Source: Obrimoposthia wandeli
Lineage: Eukaryota
Reading direction: 5' to 3'
Assembly: GCA_977020255.1 (NCBI GenBank)
Contig: CDROCS010000506.1
Location: 1 to 64,000, forward strand
DNA length: 64,000 nt
The first letter of the stretch is position 1; every line of letters begins with the position of its first letter. This document shows, piece after piece, positions 52,295 through 61,510 of the stretch. The translations under genes and the position numbers were made by a program. The notes under the pieces were generated by a model. It did not search any database, was not told where the DNA came from, and saw nothing but the letters and a program-made list of their open reading frames with translations.

Positions 52295-52322
52295 TACTAG
52301 CATCTTAGCGCTTGTACCTGAG
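52281..52322 (+). repeat. 14-nt tandem duplication of a gene's last codons and stop
   Basis: TACTTGCATCTTAG / TACTAGCATCTTAG / CGCTTGTACCTGAG. The first unit ends with the NSS gene stop. Confidence 0.7.
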
Positions 52323-52368
52323 CAACAGCAGAACAAATATTGCTAGAATTTAAACCGGTAATTAAATA

Positions 52369-52423
52369 ACAAAATGGCGGCTACGTCTCTATTATTACAA
52401 TAGAACATAGCCGCCATTTTTGT
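52369..52423. terminator. Bidirectional terminator
   Basis: ACAAAATGGCGGCTA...TAGCCGCCATTTTTGT between convergent genes. Confidence 0.8.
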
Positions 52424-52478
52424 ATCTGACATAAATATTAAAATAGCTTATCTCGCTATTACTTACGTCCCTCTTTAT

Positions 52479-52874
52479 CTACTTATCTAATTCGTGTAAA
52501 ACCAATTCTTTATAACCAATCAGACCTAGAATATCTTCATTTTCAATCACTGGTGCATTAGATAAACCAAAGCGCTCAAATAAACGGGCACAATAACGAA
52601 TATCCATTTCTGGCGGTACTGACACAATTGGCTTTGCCATGACTTCATAAATGTTAACGCGATCGGGTGAACGATCTTTGGCTAAGACTTGCTTGGCAAT
52701 ATCGGATAATACCAAAATACCGTAAGCATCATGTTGATCACGCTTATTCACAATGATCACTTTAGAATCATGCTTTTTCATGGCATCAATCGCTTCACGA
52801 ATGGTCTGCATACCGTCCATACAAATATAATTTTGGGTCATAACAGCATTGGCTTTAATTGGATTTTTGGTCAC
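52479..52874 (-). CDS. Stand-alone CBS-pair protein
   Basis: Tandem CBS motifs: VMTQNY...AYGILVLSDI...VMAKP...APVIENEDILGLI. Confidence 0.85.
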   Translation of the reverse strand: MTKNPIKANAVMTQNYICMDGMQTIREAIDAMKKHDSKVIIVNKRDQHDAYGILVLSDIAKQVLAKDRSPDRVNIYEVMAKPIVSVPPEMDIRYCARLFERFGLSNAPVIENEDILGLIGYKELVLHELDK

Positions 52875-53221
52875 AGTTCATTCTCCACAGTTTTGCTTAA
52901 TTGACTAATTTGATGATTCACACCGACCGCATCTTCAACGTCGATTTGTACCGCAATACCTGAACCTGGTTTTCCATCAAACTCACCGACTTTATTGATT
53001 TCTTCTAAAATATGTCGACTTAAATGTTCTTCAACAATAAACAATAAAACATCGCGCTGTGTTTCTAGCGTTAAACCAAAGAAGGTTTTCGATTGCTTAA
53101 GGCCTTCACCTCTGGCGTTATTAATAATAGTGGCGCCTGTTGCACCCGCACTACGTGCAGCATCCATGATCCCGTCAGTAAGACCAGCATCTACAAATGC
53201 GACGATTAATTTAAAATGCAT
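52871..53221 (-). CDS. PII-like signalling protein
   Basis: FKLIVAFV...AGATGATI..ARGEG...PGSGIA ferredoxin-like PII pattern. True start is ATG 53221 after GGAG. Confidence 0.85.
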   Translation of the reverse strand: MHFKLIVAFVDAGLTDGIMDAARSAGATGATIINNARGEGLKQSKTFFGLTLETQRDVLLFIVEEHLSRHILEEINKVGEFDGKPGSGIAVQIDVEDAVGVNHQISQLSKTVENEL

Positions 53222-53263
53222 TTTATTCTCCAACAATTCATAATTTTGACTGTGCTTTTTCTT

Positions 53264-53335
53264 GAAATAGAAACGGTTCTTGTAACAGAAACTGATTTTG
53301 TAATAGAAACGGTTCTTATAAAAATAACTGCGCTT
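53264..53335. repeat. 18-bp period tandem repeat, four units in A-B-A-B order
   Basis: GAAATAGAAACGGTTCTT / GTAACAGAAACTGATTTT / GTAATAGAAACGGTTCTT / ATAAAAATAACTGCGCTT. Confidence 0.75.
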
Positions 53336-53371
53336 GTAAAGCAACAGTAATAACACGTAAATATCCGCGAA

Positions 53372-54181
53372 CTAACTTGTCGCGGCTTTCTTGTCACGCG
53401 TACTGATCCACTGCGATATTTGTGCATACGCCATCACCGACATGATCGGGAACAAGCTTGCAAAGGCAATAAGACCAAAGCCATCGATGATCGGGTTACG
53501 TCCCGGCACCGTTTCCGCTAAACCTAATCCGAGCGCGGCCACTAACGGTACTGTTACCGTCGATGTTGTAACACCGCCCGAGTCATACGCTAACGGGATA
53601 ATTAATTTTGGTGCGACTAATGTTTGCGCAACCACGACCACATAACCGGCCATGATGTACCAATGGATCGGGTCGCCAACAACAATACGGTAGCAACCAA
53701 GCGAGATACCTATCGCCACACCCAAGGCAACAGATAAACGTAAACCCCAAACACCAATCGCGCCACCTGAAACTTCATTGGCTTTAATCGCCACTGCAAT
53801 CAAAGACGGTTCCGCAATCGTAGTAGCAAAACCAATAAAGAATGCGAATAAATAAACCCAGTAATAATCAGTCCAAACCAGTTCGCGAATGCCTTCAGTA
53901 ACAACGTCAACATTGTTCACACTGGCCAGAAAAGCCGGATCTGTGAGTTGTTGCGCCATCAAGCGTCCAAGTGGAAATAACGCCCACTCTAGACCAATCA
54001 AAAACAGCGACAAACCAATCAATACCCATAAGAAACCCATGAGCACACGGCCTAGATTCGGCAGGGGTTTACGAATAACAGCAAACTGAAAACCAAATAA
54101 TATCGCCGCAATCGGCAACACATCATGAAACGTGGTCGCAATCGTCGAACCAATCTGACTTAACATTTCGATAAAGGTCAT
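53372..54181 (-). CDS. DUF1538 family membrane protein (copy 2)
   Basis: [12 protein letters not shown] and [17 protein letters not shown] motifs in a multi-TM protein. Confidence 0.85.
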   Translation of the reverse strand: MTFIEMLSQIGSTIATTFHDVLPIAAILFGFQFAVIRKPLPNLGRVLMGFLWVLIGLSLFLIGLEWALFPLGRLMAQQLTDPAFLASVNNVDVVTEGIRELVWTDYYWVYLFAFFIGFATTIAEPSLIAVAIKANEVSGGAIGVWGLRLSVALGVAIGISLGCYRIVVGDPIHWYIMAGYVVVVAQTLVAPKLIIPLAYDSGGVTTSTVTVPLVAALGLGLAETVPGRNPIIDGFGLIAFASLFPIMSVMAYAQISQWISTRDKKAATS

Positions 54182-54918
54182 AGCATCACCATGCCATAAG
54201 CCATTACAAAGATCATCGGATTAAGCGACGCTAACGCGATAAGACCAAAGCCATCAATCATCGGATTTCTACCTTTAATAGACGAAGCAAGACCAACACC
54301 CAATGCTGTTACCAGTGGTACTGTTATCGTCGATGTTGTGACACCGCCGGAATCATAAGCAATACCAATAATTTCAGGCGGCGCAAACATAGTCATTATC
54401 ATCACCAGCACATAACCGCCAATAATGAACCACTGTAGTGGCCAGCCTTTAATAATACGCAGTACACCCACAGCAATCGCAATACCGACACTCAAGGCCA
54501 CACTCATTCTTAAGCCTTGGGCATAATCATCCATAGCAACTTGGGTTGTACCGATAAGATCACCACTGGCAGCCACTCTCGCCGCTTCCGCAGCAACGGC
54601 GATTAATGCCGGTTCAGCAACTGTAGTCCCAAAACCAAGACAGAATGCAAAAATCAATAACCAGCCAACGCTGCCTTTACGCGCAAACGCATGCGCCATT
54701 GATTCGCCAATAGGAAATAAGCCCTGTTCAAGGCCATGGATAAAGAAGGTGAGTCCTAACAATACAAACAGTACGCCAATAAGCAGTTGGCCGACGTTCG
54801 GTAGCGGTTGTTGAATAACCACTAACTGAAAGAATAAGATCACAACAATGATGGGAGCAAGATCCCTGATACTGCCCAACATAAATTTAAGTAGGGTTTT
54901 AAACGTGTTAACCAACAT
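54178..54918 (-). CDS. DUF1538 family membrane protein (copy 1)
   Basis: [12 protein letters not shown] and [17 protein letters not shown]. Start is ATG 54918 after AAGGAGG. Confidence 0.85.
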   Translation of the reverse strand: MLVNTFKTLLKFMLGSIRDLAPIIVVILFFQLVVIQQPLPNVGQLLIGVLFVLLGLTFFIHGLEQGLFPIGESMAHAFARKGSVGWLLIFAFCLGFGTTVAEPALIAVAAEAARVAASGDLIGTTQVAMDDYAQGLRMSVALSVGIAIAVGVLRIIKGWPLQWFIIGGYVLVMIMTMFAPPEIIGIAYDSGGVTTSTITVPLVTALGVGLASSIKGRNPMIDGFGLIALASLNPMIFVMAYGMVML

Positions 54919-54946
54919 AGCCTCCTTGATTAGATTAATCACGCGG

Positions 54947-54987
54947 ATATTAGCGTATTGGAAAACTAAAAAATTGATCTAAATCAA
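54947..54987 (-). promoter_or_regulatory. FNR-dependent class II promoter of the DUF1538 operon
   Basis: Perfect TTGAT-CTAA-ATCAA at 54974-54987 and -10 TAATAT at 54952-54947. The 21-nt spacing is identical to that at feoA. Confidence 0.7.
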
Positions 54988-55084
54988 CGTTTCAAAAAAT
55001 AACCCCATAGAGGTGCACTTAACGACAAATAAACCTTGATTTAACCTAGGTGCAACAATAATGAACAATAAAATGGTTTATACG

Positions 55085-55234
55085 GTGATTCATTAACCCA
55101 ACGTGTCATAGCACTAAGCGATACACCTAAACTATCAGCAGCAGCTTGCCTGGTATATCCTTGCTCTGTAACGAGTTTACTGCACCTAGTTTGAATTCAG
55201 TTGTAAATATCGGACGTTTAAAATTTGTATTCAT
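55085..55234 (-). mobile_element. IS3-family transposase OrfA remnant
   Basis: RBS GAGGTG and ATG 55234: MNTNFKRPIFTTEFKLGAV, then after a one-base shift KLVTEQGYTRQAAADSLGVSLSAMTRWV (IS3 OrfA HTH). No OrfB or terminal repeats seen. Confidence 0.75.
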
Positions 55235-55263
55235 AATCACCTCTAATTAACATTATACTTGAC

Positions 55264-55423
55264 TAAGCCCATCGCCTTTGAAACTGTCATGGGTGTTGAA
55301 GCTTCTAAGAGTTCAGGAGTTTCACCAATCACACAGTTGCGATTCATGCTCAGGGGCTTCGTTCGCTTGCCGCCTACATGCCGAGAGTAACTAAAAGACT
55401 ATACAAGTGTCTTGGGTTGCATA
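55264..55423 (-). repeat. Degenerate ERIC/IRU-like element
   Basis: Shares CCCAAGACACTTG, GCATGTAGGCGGCAAG, CAACACCCAT and TTCAAAGGCGATGGG blocks with 9850-9931, and retains the central CCCCTGAGCAT...GTGATTGG part. Confidence 0.7.
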
Positions 55424-55683
55424 GAAGTCATCCGTATGAGTATCAATAAACGATAGAATTAAACCACACCACTACTTTTCATGGCAATGCCATCAAGTCG
55501 AACGCCATTATGCAGGTAGCTGAGTATTGTGTCAAAATAAGGGCTTATAACAACCCTACTTTCTGGAATACAATTATATGCCAAAATCTAAAAAACAGCC
55601 AAGATATTAGCTTATTAATCTATTTAAGATTTCTATTTTAGATTAATATAATAAATAACAACTCAATGTAAGTCGTAGCAAAA

Positions 55684-56343
55684 CTAAGTCTGCTTGGTTA
55701 ATGCTAACTTGATACCAAACAACAGGAACAACCCACCAGTGAATTTAGTGAGGTAGGTGGTTAAGCGCTGGTTATGTTTAAGCTTGCCGCCAATAGAAGA
55801 CGATGACCAAGCCAAGATATGACACCAAATCATCGCGTTAATATTAAAAATAACACCAAGAAAAATAAAGGACATGGCTTTATGCGGGTAATCCATTGCA
55901 ATAAATTGTGGCACAAATGCCAGGAAGAACAAGGCTACTTTGGGGTTTAACACATTAGTTAAAAAACCTTGGAAGAAGATATGTGACAATGAAGTGTTTT
56001 TACTATCCACACTATCTGCACTCGCTACAGCACCCGTATTTATACTAGGCTTTTTAGTCTTTGCAAACAGCATACTAAAACCTATGTATAGTAGATAAAT
56101 ACAGCCTATCACCTTCACCACGGTAAAAGCCATTGCAGATGTAGCTAAGATAGCAGACAAGCCGAATGCAGCAGCAAATACATGTACCAATGTACCGGCA
56201 CCAATACCAAAGGCACCAACAGAACCAGCACGAAAGCCTTGCCCCGCACTGCGTCCAATAACATATAAAGAATCAGGACCAGGGATCAAATTGAGCATGA
56301 TGCCTGATACCACAAATAACCACAGTTCTGTTACTCCGAACAT
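55684..56343 (-). CDS. LysE/RhtB family efflux translocator
   Basis: PGPDSLYV, GCIYLLYIG, FFQGFLTNVLNPKVALFF. Confidence 0.9.
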   Translation of the reverse strand: MFGVTELWLFVVSGIMLNLIPGPDSLYVIGRSAGQGFRAGSVGAFGIGAGTLVHVFAAAFGLSAILATSAMAFTVVKVIGCIYLLYIGFSMLFAKTKKPSINTGAVASADSVDSKNTSLSHIFFQGFLTNVLNPKVALFFLAFVPQFIAMDYPHKAMSFIFLGVIFNINAMIWCHILAWSSSSIGGKLKHNQRLTTYLTKFTGGLFLLFGIKLALTKQT

Positions 56344-56492
56344 ATTTAAACTCCTTATAATACTATGTTTATATATTGTTATATTTACTTAATAGTAATT
56401 TATCTTAGCGGTCAGTTTCAATGTCCACATTCAAATACGCATTATGGACATTGACGCCCGACATTTCTATACATATATTTATAACTCAAGTG

Positions 56493-56894
56493 TTACTCGC
56501 TTAATTTACATTCCACCTTAAGCTCTTTGCAAATTCTAAATACACCGTCAAGAACGCGACTAGCGCCATCATTTTCACGGGCATCTGCACTGATTGTTAA
56601 TTGTGATACTTGTCGATTAATTTGTGAAATTTTAATCGTTGCCGCAGTATCGTCTTGATTAATATCTAACAACATTAACGTATCGTCTTGCTGGATAATG
56701 TCTATTTCAGGATTATTACTGACAATATCTACCGCTTTGTTATAAACCTTATTCGCTGGCGCTTTGATATCGACAGTAGCAACTTCGTGGCTTTGACTTT
56801 TGTAATACATCACCGCGCCAACCGTTGCCATACCAAGGCCTGCACAGCCGGACAGTAATGCCGTAAATAATAAAACGATAAGACTTCTTTTCAT
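56493..56894 (-). CDS. DUF3568-like lipoprotein
   Basis: Lipobox LSGC after the signal peptide from ATG 56894. Family assignment is from overall resemblance. Confidence 0.65.
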   Translation of the reverse strand: MKRSLIVLLFTALLSGCAGLGMATVGAVMYYKSQSHEVATVDIKAPANKVYNKAVDIVSNNPEIDIIQQDDTLMLLDINQDDTAATIKISQINRQVSQLTISADARENDGASRVLDGVFRICKELKVECKLSE

Positions 56895-56966
56895 ATTTGA
56901 TCCCTTCAATCCACTAAAAAATATCACAACATAATAAATTATATATTACTTTATCGATATATAAAA

Positions 56967-57010
56967 ATGTCACATTACCGTAACAAAAGTAGAGCGTAAC
57001 TGTCATCATC
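56967..57010 (+). promoter_or_regulatory. Pho box (PhoB site)
   Basis: 11-nt periodic ATGTCACATTA / CCGTAACAAAA / (spacer) / CTGTCATCATC upstream of ugpB. Confidence 0.65.
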
Positions 57011-57071
57011 AGTCCCTAGAATGAGCATCAAATATAGCTATTAATTAACTAAATAATCATTAGGGATTAAG

Positions 57072-58364
57072 ATGAAAAAACAATTGATGACAGGTGTTCT
57101 TGCTACATTACTATCAAGCACAACGATGGCTGCAACAGATATTACTTGGTGGCACGCGATGAGTGGTCAACTCGGTGAAACCGTCAATACAATTGCGCGC
57201 GACTTTAATGCTTCGCAGGATGAATACAACATCAAACCGGTATTTAAAGGTTCATATGTAGAAACACTTACTGCCGGTATTGCCGCTTATCGTGCAGACC
57301 AAGCGCCAAATATTCTACAAGTGGCCGATGTCGGTGCTGCAACAATCATCAATGCGCGCGGCGTGGCGAAACCAGTAGAAGATATTCTGGTTGAATCAGG
57401 TTATGGATTTAACAATCAAGACTATATTGCGGGTGTGCGTAACTTTTACGCTGACAGCAATGGCAAAATGATTGGTATGCCGTTCAACAGCTCGACACCT
57501 GTGCTTTATTACAACAAAGATATTCTTGCTAAAGTGGGTGTTGATGCACCTAAGACTTATGAAGAAATGGAGCAAGTCGCCAGCAAGCTAAAAGAACAAG
57601 GTTACGCGACCTTCTCACAATCACTAACGCCTTGGATCATGTTCGAAAACTTCAAGTCTCGTCATAACTTACCTGTTGCCAATAAGAACAACGGTTTTGA
57701 TGCACCAGCCACTAAAATCATGATCAATACACCCGATATGGCGATGCACTTCAACAAGTTAAAAGACTGGTCTGATAAAGGTTACTACAAGTATTACGGT
57801 TCTGATTGGGATGCTAACCAAACACCATTCGAAAAACAACAAGTCGCAATGTGGATGGGTTCATCAGGTTCATTTGGTGGCTTGCGTAATCGCGTTGATT
57901 TTGATTTGGGCACAACCTACCTCCCGTACTGGAAATCGATTAATGCAGAGGCTGGTCGTACCTTTATTGGTGGTGCAGCACTATTCGCGATTGATGGTAA
58001 ACCCAAAAAAGAACAGCAAGCCGTTGCCGCATTCTTTAGCTTCTTAACCAGTCCTGAAACACAAATGTTCTGGCACAAATCAACTGGTTACGTGACAGTC
58101 ACTAAAGCCGCTTATACACTCACTAAAAAATCAGGTTACTACCAAAAACACCCGGATGCGGAAGTCGGAGTTAAACAGTTAAGCTTACCCGGTGGTGAAT
58201 GGACTAATGGCTATCGTTTAGGTTTCTACTCACAAATCCAAGAAATCATGCATCGTGAATTTGATAATGTTTTTGCTAACCGAATTTCGGTAGAAAAAGC
58301 ACTCAGCAATATCGATAAAGAAAGTCAGGTTATCTTAAGTCGTTTTGCACGTACTGTCCGATAA
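57072..58364 (+). CDS. ugpB: sn-glycerol-3-phosphate ABC transporter substrate-binding protein
   Basis: Signal peptide, ITWWHAM, MPFNSSTPVLYYNKD, IGGAALF, first gene of a ugp-type operon. Confidence 0.8.
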   Translation: MKKQLMTGVLATLLSSTTMAATDITWWHAMSGQLGETVNTIARDFNASQDEYNIKPVFKGSYVETLTAGIAAYRADQAPNILQVADVGAATIINARGVAKPVEDILVESGYGFNNQDYIAGVRNFYADSNGKMIGMPFNSSTPVLYYNKDILAKVGVDAPKTYEEMEQVASKLKEQGYATFSQSLTPWIMFENFKSRHNLPVANKNNGFDAPATKIMINTPDMAMHFNKLKDWSDKGYYKYYGSDWDANQTPFEKQQVAMWMGSSGSFGGLRNRVDFDLGTTYLPYWKSINAEAGRTFIGGAALFAIDGKPKKEQQAVAAFFSFLTSPETQMFWHKSTGYVTVTKAAYTLTKKSGYYQKHPDAEVGVKQLSLPGGEWTNGYRLGFYSQIQEIMHREFDNVFANRISVEKALSNIDKESQVILSRFARTVR

Positions 58365-58435
58365 TCCATTACGACTGTGGTGCACATTACGTGCGCCACT
58401 GTTACCTTTCCCTTTCAATTCATTAGGTTTTTATT

Positions 58436-59317
58436 GTGGAACAACGCCAACAATTTACCCATTCGGCATTGCCTTATATTCTATTAGTGCCCCAAATTGC
58501 AATTATCGCGGTATTTTTCTTCTACCCCGCCGCTGAAGCGGTTTATCTATCATTTATGTTAGAGGACCCATGGGGTCAATCATCACTATTTGTCGGTTTA
58601 GAAAACTACACCATCCTATTCAACTCGACTGAATATCTAAAATCTGTGGTGTTTACGCTGGGCTTTGCTTTAGTCGTTTCGTTTTTATCTTTATCTATTG
58701 CCCTGCTACTGGCCGTGAAAGCCAATAATATCTTGCATGGCAAAGGCGCTTACAAGATCACTTTGACCTGGGTATATGCAGTCGCGCCTGCCGTGGCCGG
58801 TATTATGGGTGGTTTTATCTTTAACCCCCACATCGGTGTTTTCACCGAGATATTTGCTAGCTTAGGTTGGGACTTCAGCTTATACACCAATCCTTTTGAC
58901 GCCACGTTTGTCTTGGTTTTAGTCTCGGTATGGAAACAAGTATCCGTCAACTTTATCTACTTTCTAGCTGGTTTACAGTCCATTTCATACGCTGTGAATG
59001 AAGCCGCTATGTTGGACTGTGAGAGTGACAGCCGCCGATTCTGGACTATCACCTTCCCACTACTCGCACCAACGGGCTTCTTCTTATTGGTAATCAACTT
59101 AACGTATGCCTTCTTTGAAACCTTCGGGGTGATCGATACCTTAACATCAGGTGGTCCAGGCGGCGGTACAACATCATTAGTGTATAAAATTTACCGTGAT
59201 GGTTTCATTGGTACAGACCTCGGTGGCAGTGCAGCTCAATCAGTCGTGCTATTGGTTTTAGTACTGGCGCTAACTTGGGTGCAATTCAAGTTTGTCGAAA
59301 AACGTGTGCACTATTAA
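58436..59317 (+). CDS. ugpA: G3P ABC transporter permease
   Basis: CUT1 permease with EAAMLD loop, and GGPGGGTTSLVYKIYRDGF. Confidence 0.8.
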   Translation: MEQRQQFTHSALPYILLVPQIAIIAVFFFYPAAEAVYLSFMLEDPWGQSSLFVGLENYTILFNSTEYLKSVVFTLGFALVVSFLSLSIALLLAVKANNILHGKGAYKITLTWVYAVAPAVAGIMGGFIFNPHIGVFTEIFASLGWDFSLYTNPFDATFVLVLVSVWKQVSVNFIYFLAGLQSISYAVNEAAMLDCESDSRRFWTITFPLLAPTGFFLLVINLTYAFFETFGVIDTLTSGGPGGGTTSLVYKIYRDGFIGTDLGGSAAQSVVLLVLVLALTWVQFKFVEKRVHY

Positions 59318-59388
59318 CTTCAGACCGATTAATCGCAAATAGACGAGCAATAACTAATCGCAGACAAGCTAACAACGAGAGTTTTATT

Positions 59389-60231
59389 ATGAAAAAAAAT
59401 CAATGGTTAGATCATGTGATCCTGATTATCGGCGCACTGTTTATGATTATTCCGATTTGGCTAATTTTCGCCAGTTCGACGCACAATCCAAATACCATTA
59501 TCAGCGATGGCTTACAGTGGTTACCCGGTGGTAATTTCACTAGCGTTTACACTGAAGTATGGAATAAAAGTATCGGCTTTAGCAGTGACGTTAACGCTAA
59601 ATCCATGATCATCAACTCTATGATCATGGGGCTAGGTTTTGCTATCGGCAAGATCATTATTTCAATGATGGCCGCTTACGCATTGGTTTACTTCCGTATG
59701 CCATTTGCATCACTGTGGTTTTGGCTTATTTTTGTGACACTACTGCTGCCGCTTGAGGTACGTATCATCCCTTCGTACGAAGTGGTTGCTAGCTTGGGCA
59801 TGTTAAACAGTTTCTCAGGGTTGATCTTGCCACTCATTGCATCGGCAACAGCCACTTTCTTCTTTCGCCAGTTCTTTCGCACTATTCCGAATGAATTGCT
59901 CGAAGCGGCGCAACTTGATAACGCCGGACCAATCAGCTTCTTTTTAGATATTTTACTGCCGCTATCGAAAACCATGATTGCCGCCATTTTCATTATTATG
60001 TTTGTGGTCGGCTGGAATCAGTATTTATGGCCAATCATGATGACCACAGATGAAAGCTACAACACTATTGTCATGGGGATTAAGCAAACACTTAGTGACA
60101 TTAGCCAAAGCAGTCAGCCGCGTTATGACCAAGCATTTGCCTTAGTTATCTTCGCCATGTTACCGCCCATCTTAGTCGTCATCATTTTCCAACGCTGGTT
60201 TGTGAAAGGCCTCGTTGAAACAGAAAAATAG
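59389..60231 (+). CDS. ugpE: G3P ABC transporter permease
   Basis: PLIASATATFFFRQFF...ELLEAAQLD...WNQYLWP...FVKGLVETEK. Start is ATG 59389. Confidence 0.85.
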   Translation: MKKNQWLDHVILIIGALFMIIPIWLIFASSTHNPNTIISDGLQWLPGGNFTSVYTEVWNKSIGFSSDVNAKSMIINSMIMGLGFAIGKIIISMMAAYALVYFRMPFASLWFWLIFVTLLLPLEVRIIPSYEVVASLGMLNSFSGLILPLIASATATFFFRQFFRTIPNELLEAAQLDNAGPISFFLDILLPLSKTMIAAIFIIMFVVGWNQYLWPIMMTTDESYNTIVMGIKQTLSDISQSSQPRYDQAFALVIFAMLPPILVVIIFQRWFVKGLVETEK

Positions 60232-60295
60232 TCCTTGTTGTGATTGTGCTAATAATCACAACATCGCCAGCACCTAATTTGTAAAGAGATAAAAT

Positions 60296-61378
60296 ATGTT
60301 AGCACTTAAAAACTTAGTTAAAACTTACGACAATGGCCACCAAGCAGTTAAAGGTGTTTCAGTTGATATTAAACAAGGCGAATTCATTGTTTTAGTCGGC
60401 CCATCAGGCTGTGGTAAATCATCTATCCTACGCTCTATCGCTGGTTTAGAATCAATCACAGACGGTGAGATACAATTGAATAATCGTCGTATTGATACTG
60501 AAAAACCCGCCAGTCGTGATATTGCTATGGTATTTCAAAACTATGCGTTATACCCACATATGACCGTATATCAAAACTTAGCCTATGGCTTAAAAAACCG
60601 TGGCGTAGATAAACAAACGATCGCATCAAAGATTGAAAAAGTCGCCGCGACCTTAAAGATTGCCGATTATTTAGATCGAAAACCAGCAAAGTTATCTGGC
60701 GGCCAACGTCAACGAATAGCCATGGGACGCGCAATTGTACGTGATCCACAGTTGTTCTTATTTGATGAACCATTGTCTAACTTAGATGCATCATTACGTG
60801 CGCACATGCGCCTTGAAATTAAGAAACTGCAGCGAGAATTAGCGGTGACGAGTGTCTATGTTACTCATGACCAAGTAGAAGCTATGACTCTAGCTGACCG
60901 TATTATTGTCTTGAATCAGGGTGAAATAGAACAAGTTGGTACGCCCGCTGAAGTTTATCACCAGCCTGCAAGTACCTTTGTTGCGAGCTTTATTGGTAGT
61001 CCAGCGATGAACTTTCATCAAGCAGAAATTGCCGATGGCGTGATCAACTTTGAGCATCAAAGTATATTTATCGCTGAATATGCGCATTTACCCGCGCAGA
61101 AAATCCAATTAGGTATTCGACCTGAGCATGCTGTCTTAGAGCCTTCAAAGTCAGGATTAAGTTTTTCACTTACCGTGCAAGCGGTTGAACCATTAGGACC
61201 AAATCAGCTGGTACACGGTTTAGTGAATGACAAAGTCTTTACTGCATTAACATCCGAACTGCACTTTGCAAGCAAACAAGTGTTAACTCTGCATGTTGCA
61301 AAGCAGCATTTACACCTATTTGATAAAAACGGTCAACGCTTACAGGCATTAGCCCAAGAAGTAGCACAAGCAAGTTAA
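60296..61378 (+). CDS. ugpC: G3P ABC transporter ATPase
   Basis: GPSGCGKS, VFQNYALYPHM, LSGGQRQR, FDEPLSNLDA. Confidence 0.88.
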   Translation: MLALKNLVKTYDNGHQAVKGVSVDIKQGEFIVLVGPSGCGKSSILRSIAGLESITDGEIQLNNRRIDTEKPASRDIAMVFQNYALYPHMTVYQNLAYGLKNRGVDKQTIASKIEKVAATLKIADYLDRKPAKLSGGQRQRIAMGRAIVRDPQLFLFDEPLSNLDASLRAHMRLEIKKLQRELAVTSVYVTHDQVEAMTLADRIIVLNQGEIEQVGTPAEVYHQPASTFVASFIGSPAMNFHQAEIADGVINFEHQSIFIAEYAHLPAQKIQLGIRPEHAVLEPSKSGLSFSLTVQAVEPLGPNQLVHGLVNDKVFTALTSELHFASKQVLTLHVAKQHLHLFDKNGQRLQALAQEVAQAS

Positions 61379-61418
61379 CAACTCCCGGATAAATAGGTAA
61401 TGTTTAAGTCGTAATAAC

Positions 61419-61456
61419 AAAAAGGCCCACTTCAATTTAACGTTAAAGTGGGCCTA
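61419..61456. terminator. Terminator between convergent ugpC and the nucleoside transporter
   Basis: AGGCCCACTT...AAGTGGGCCT. Confidence 0.65.
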
Positions 61457-61510
61457 TCAGTTTAATTATGTTTACTGCGTTTATATTTACCGAGTAATAC
61501 TAACAAGCCA

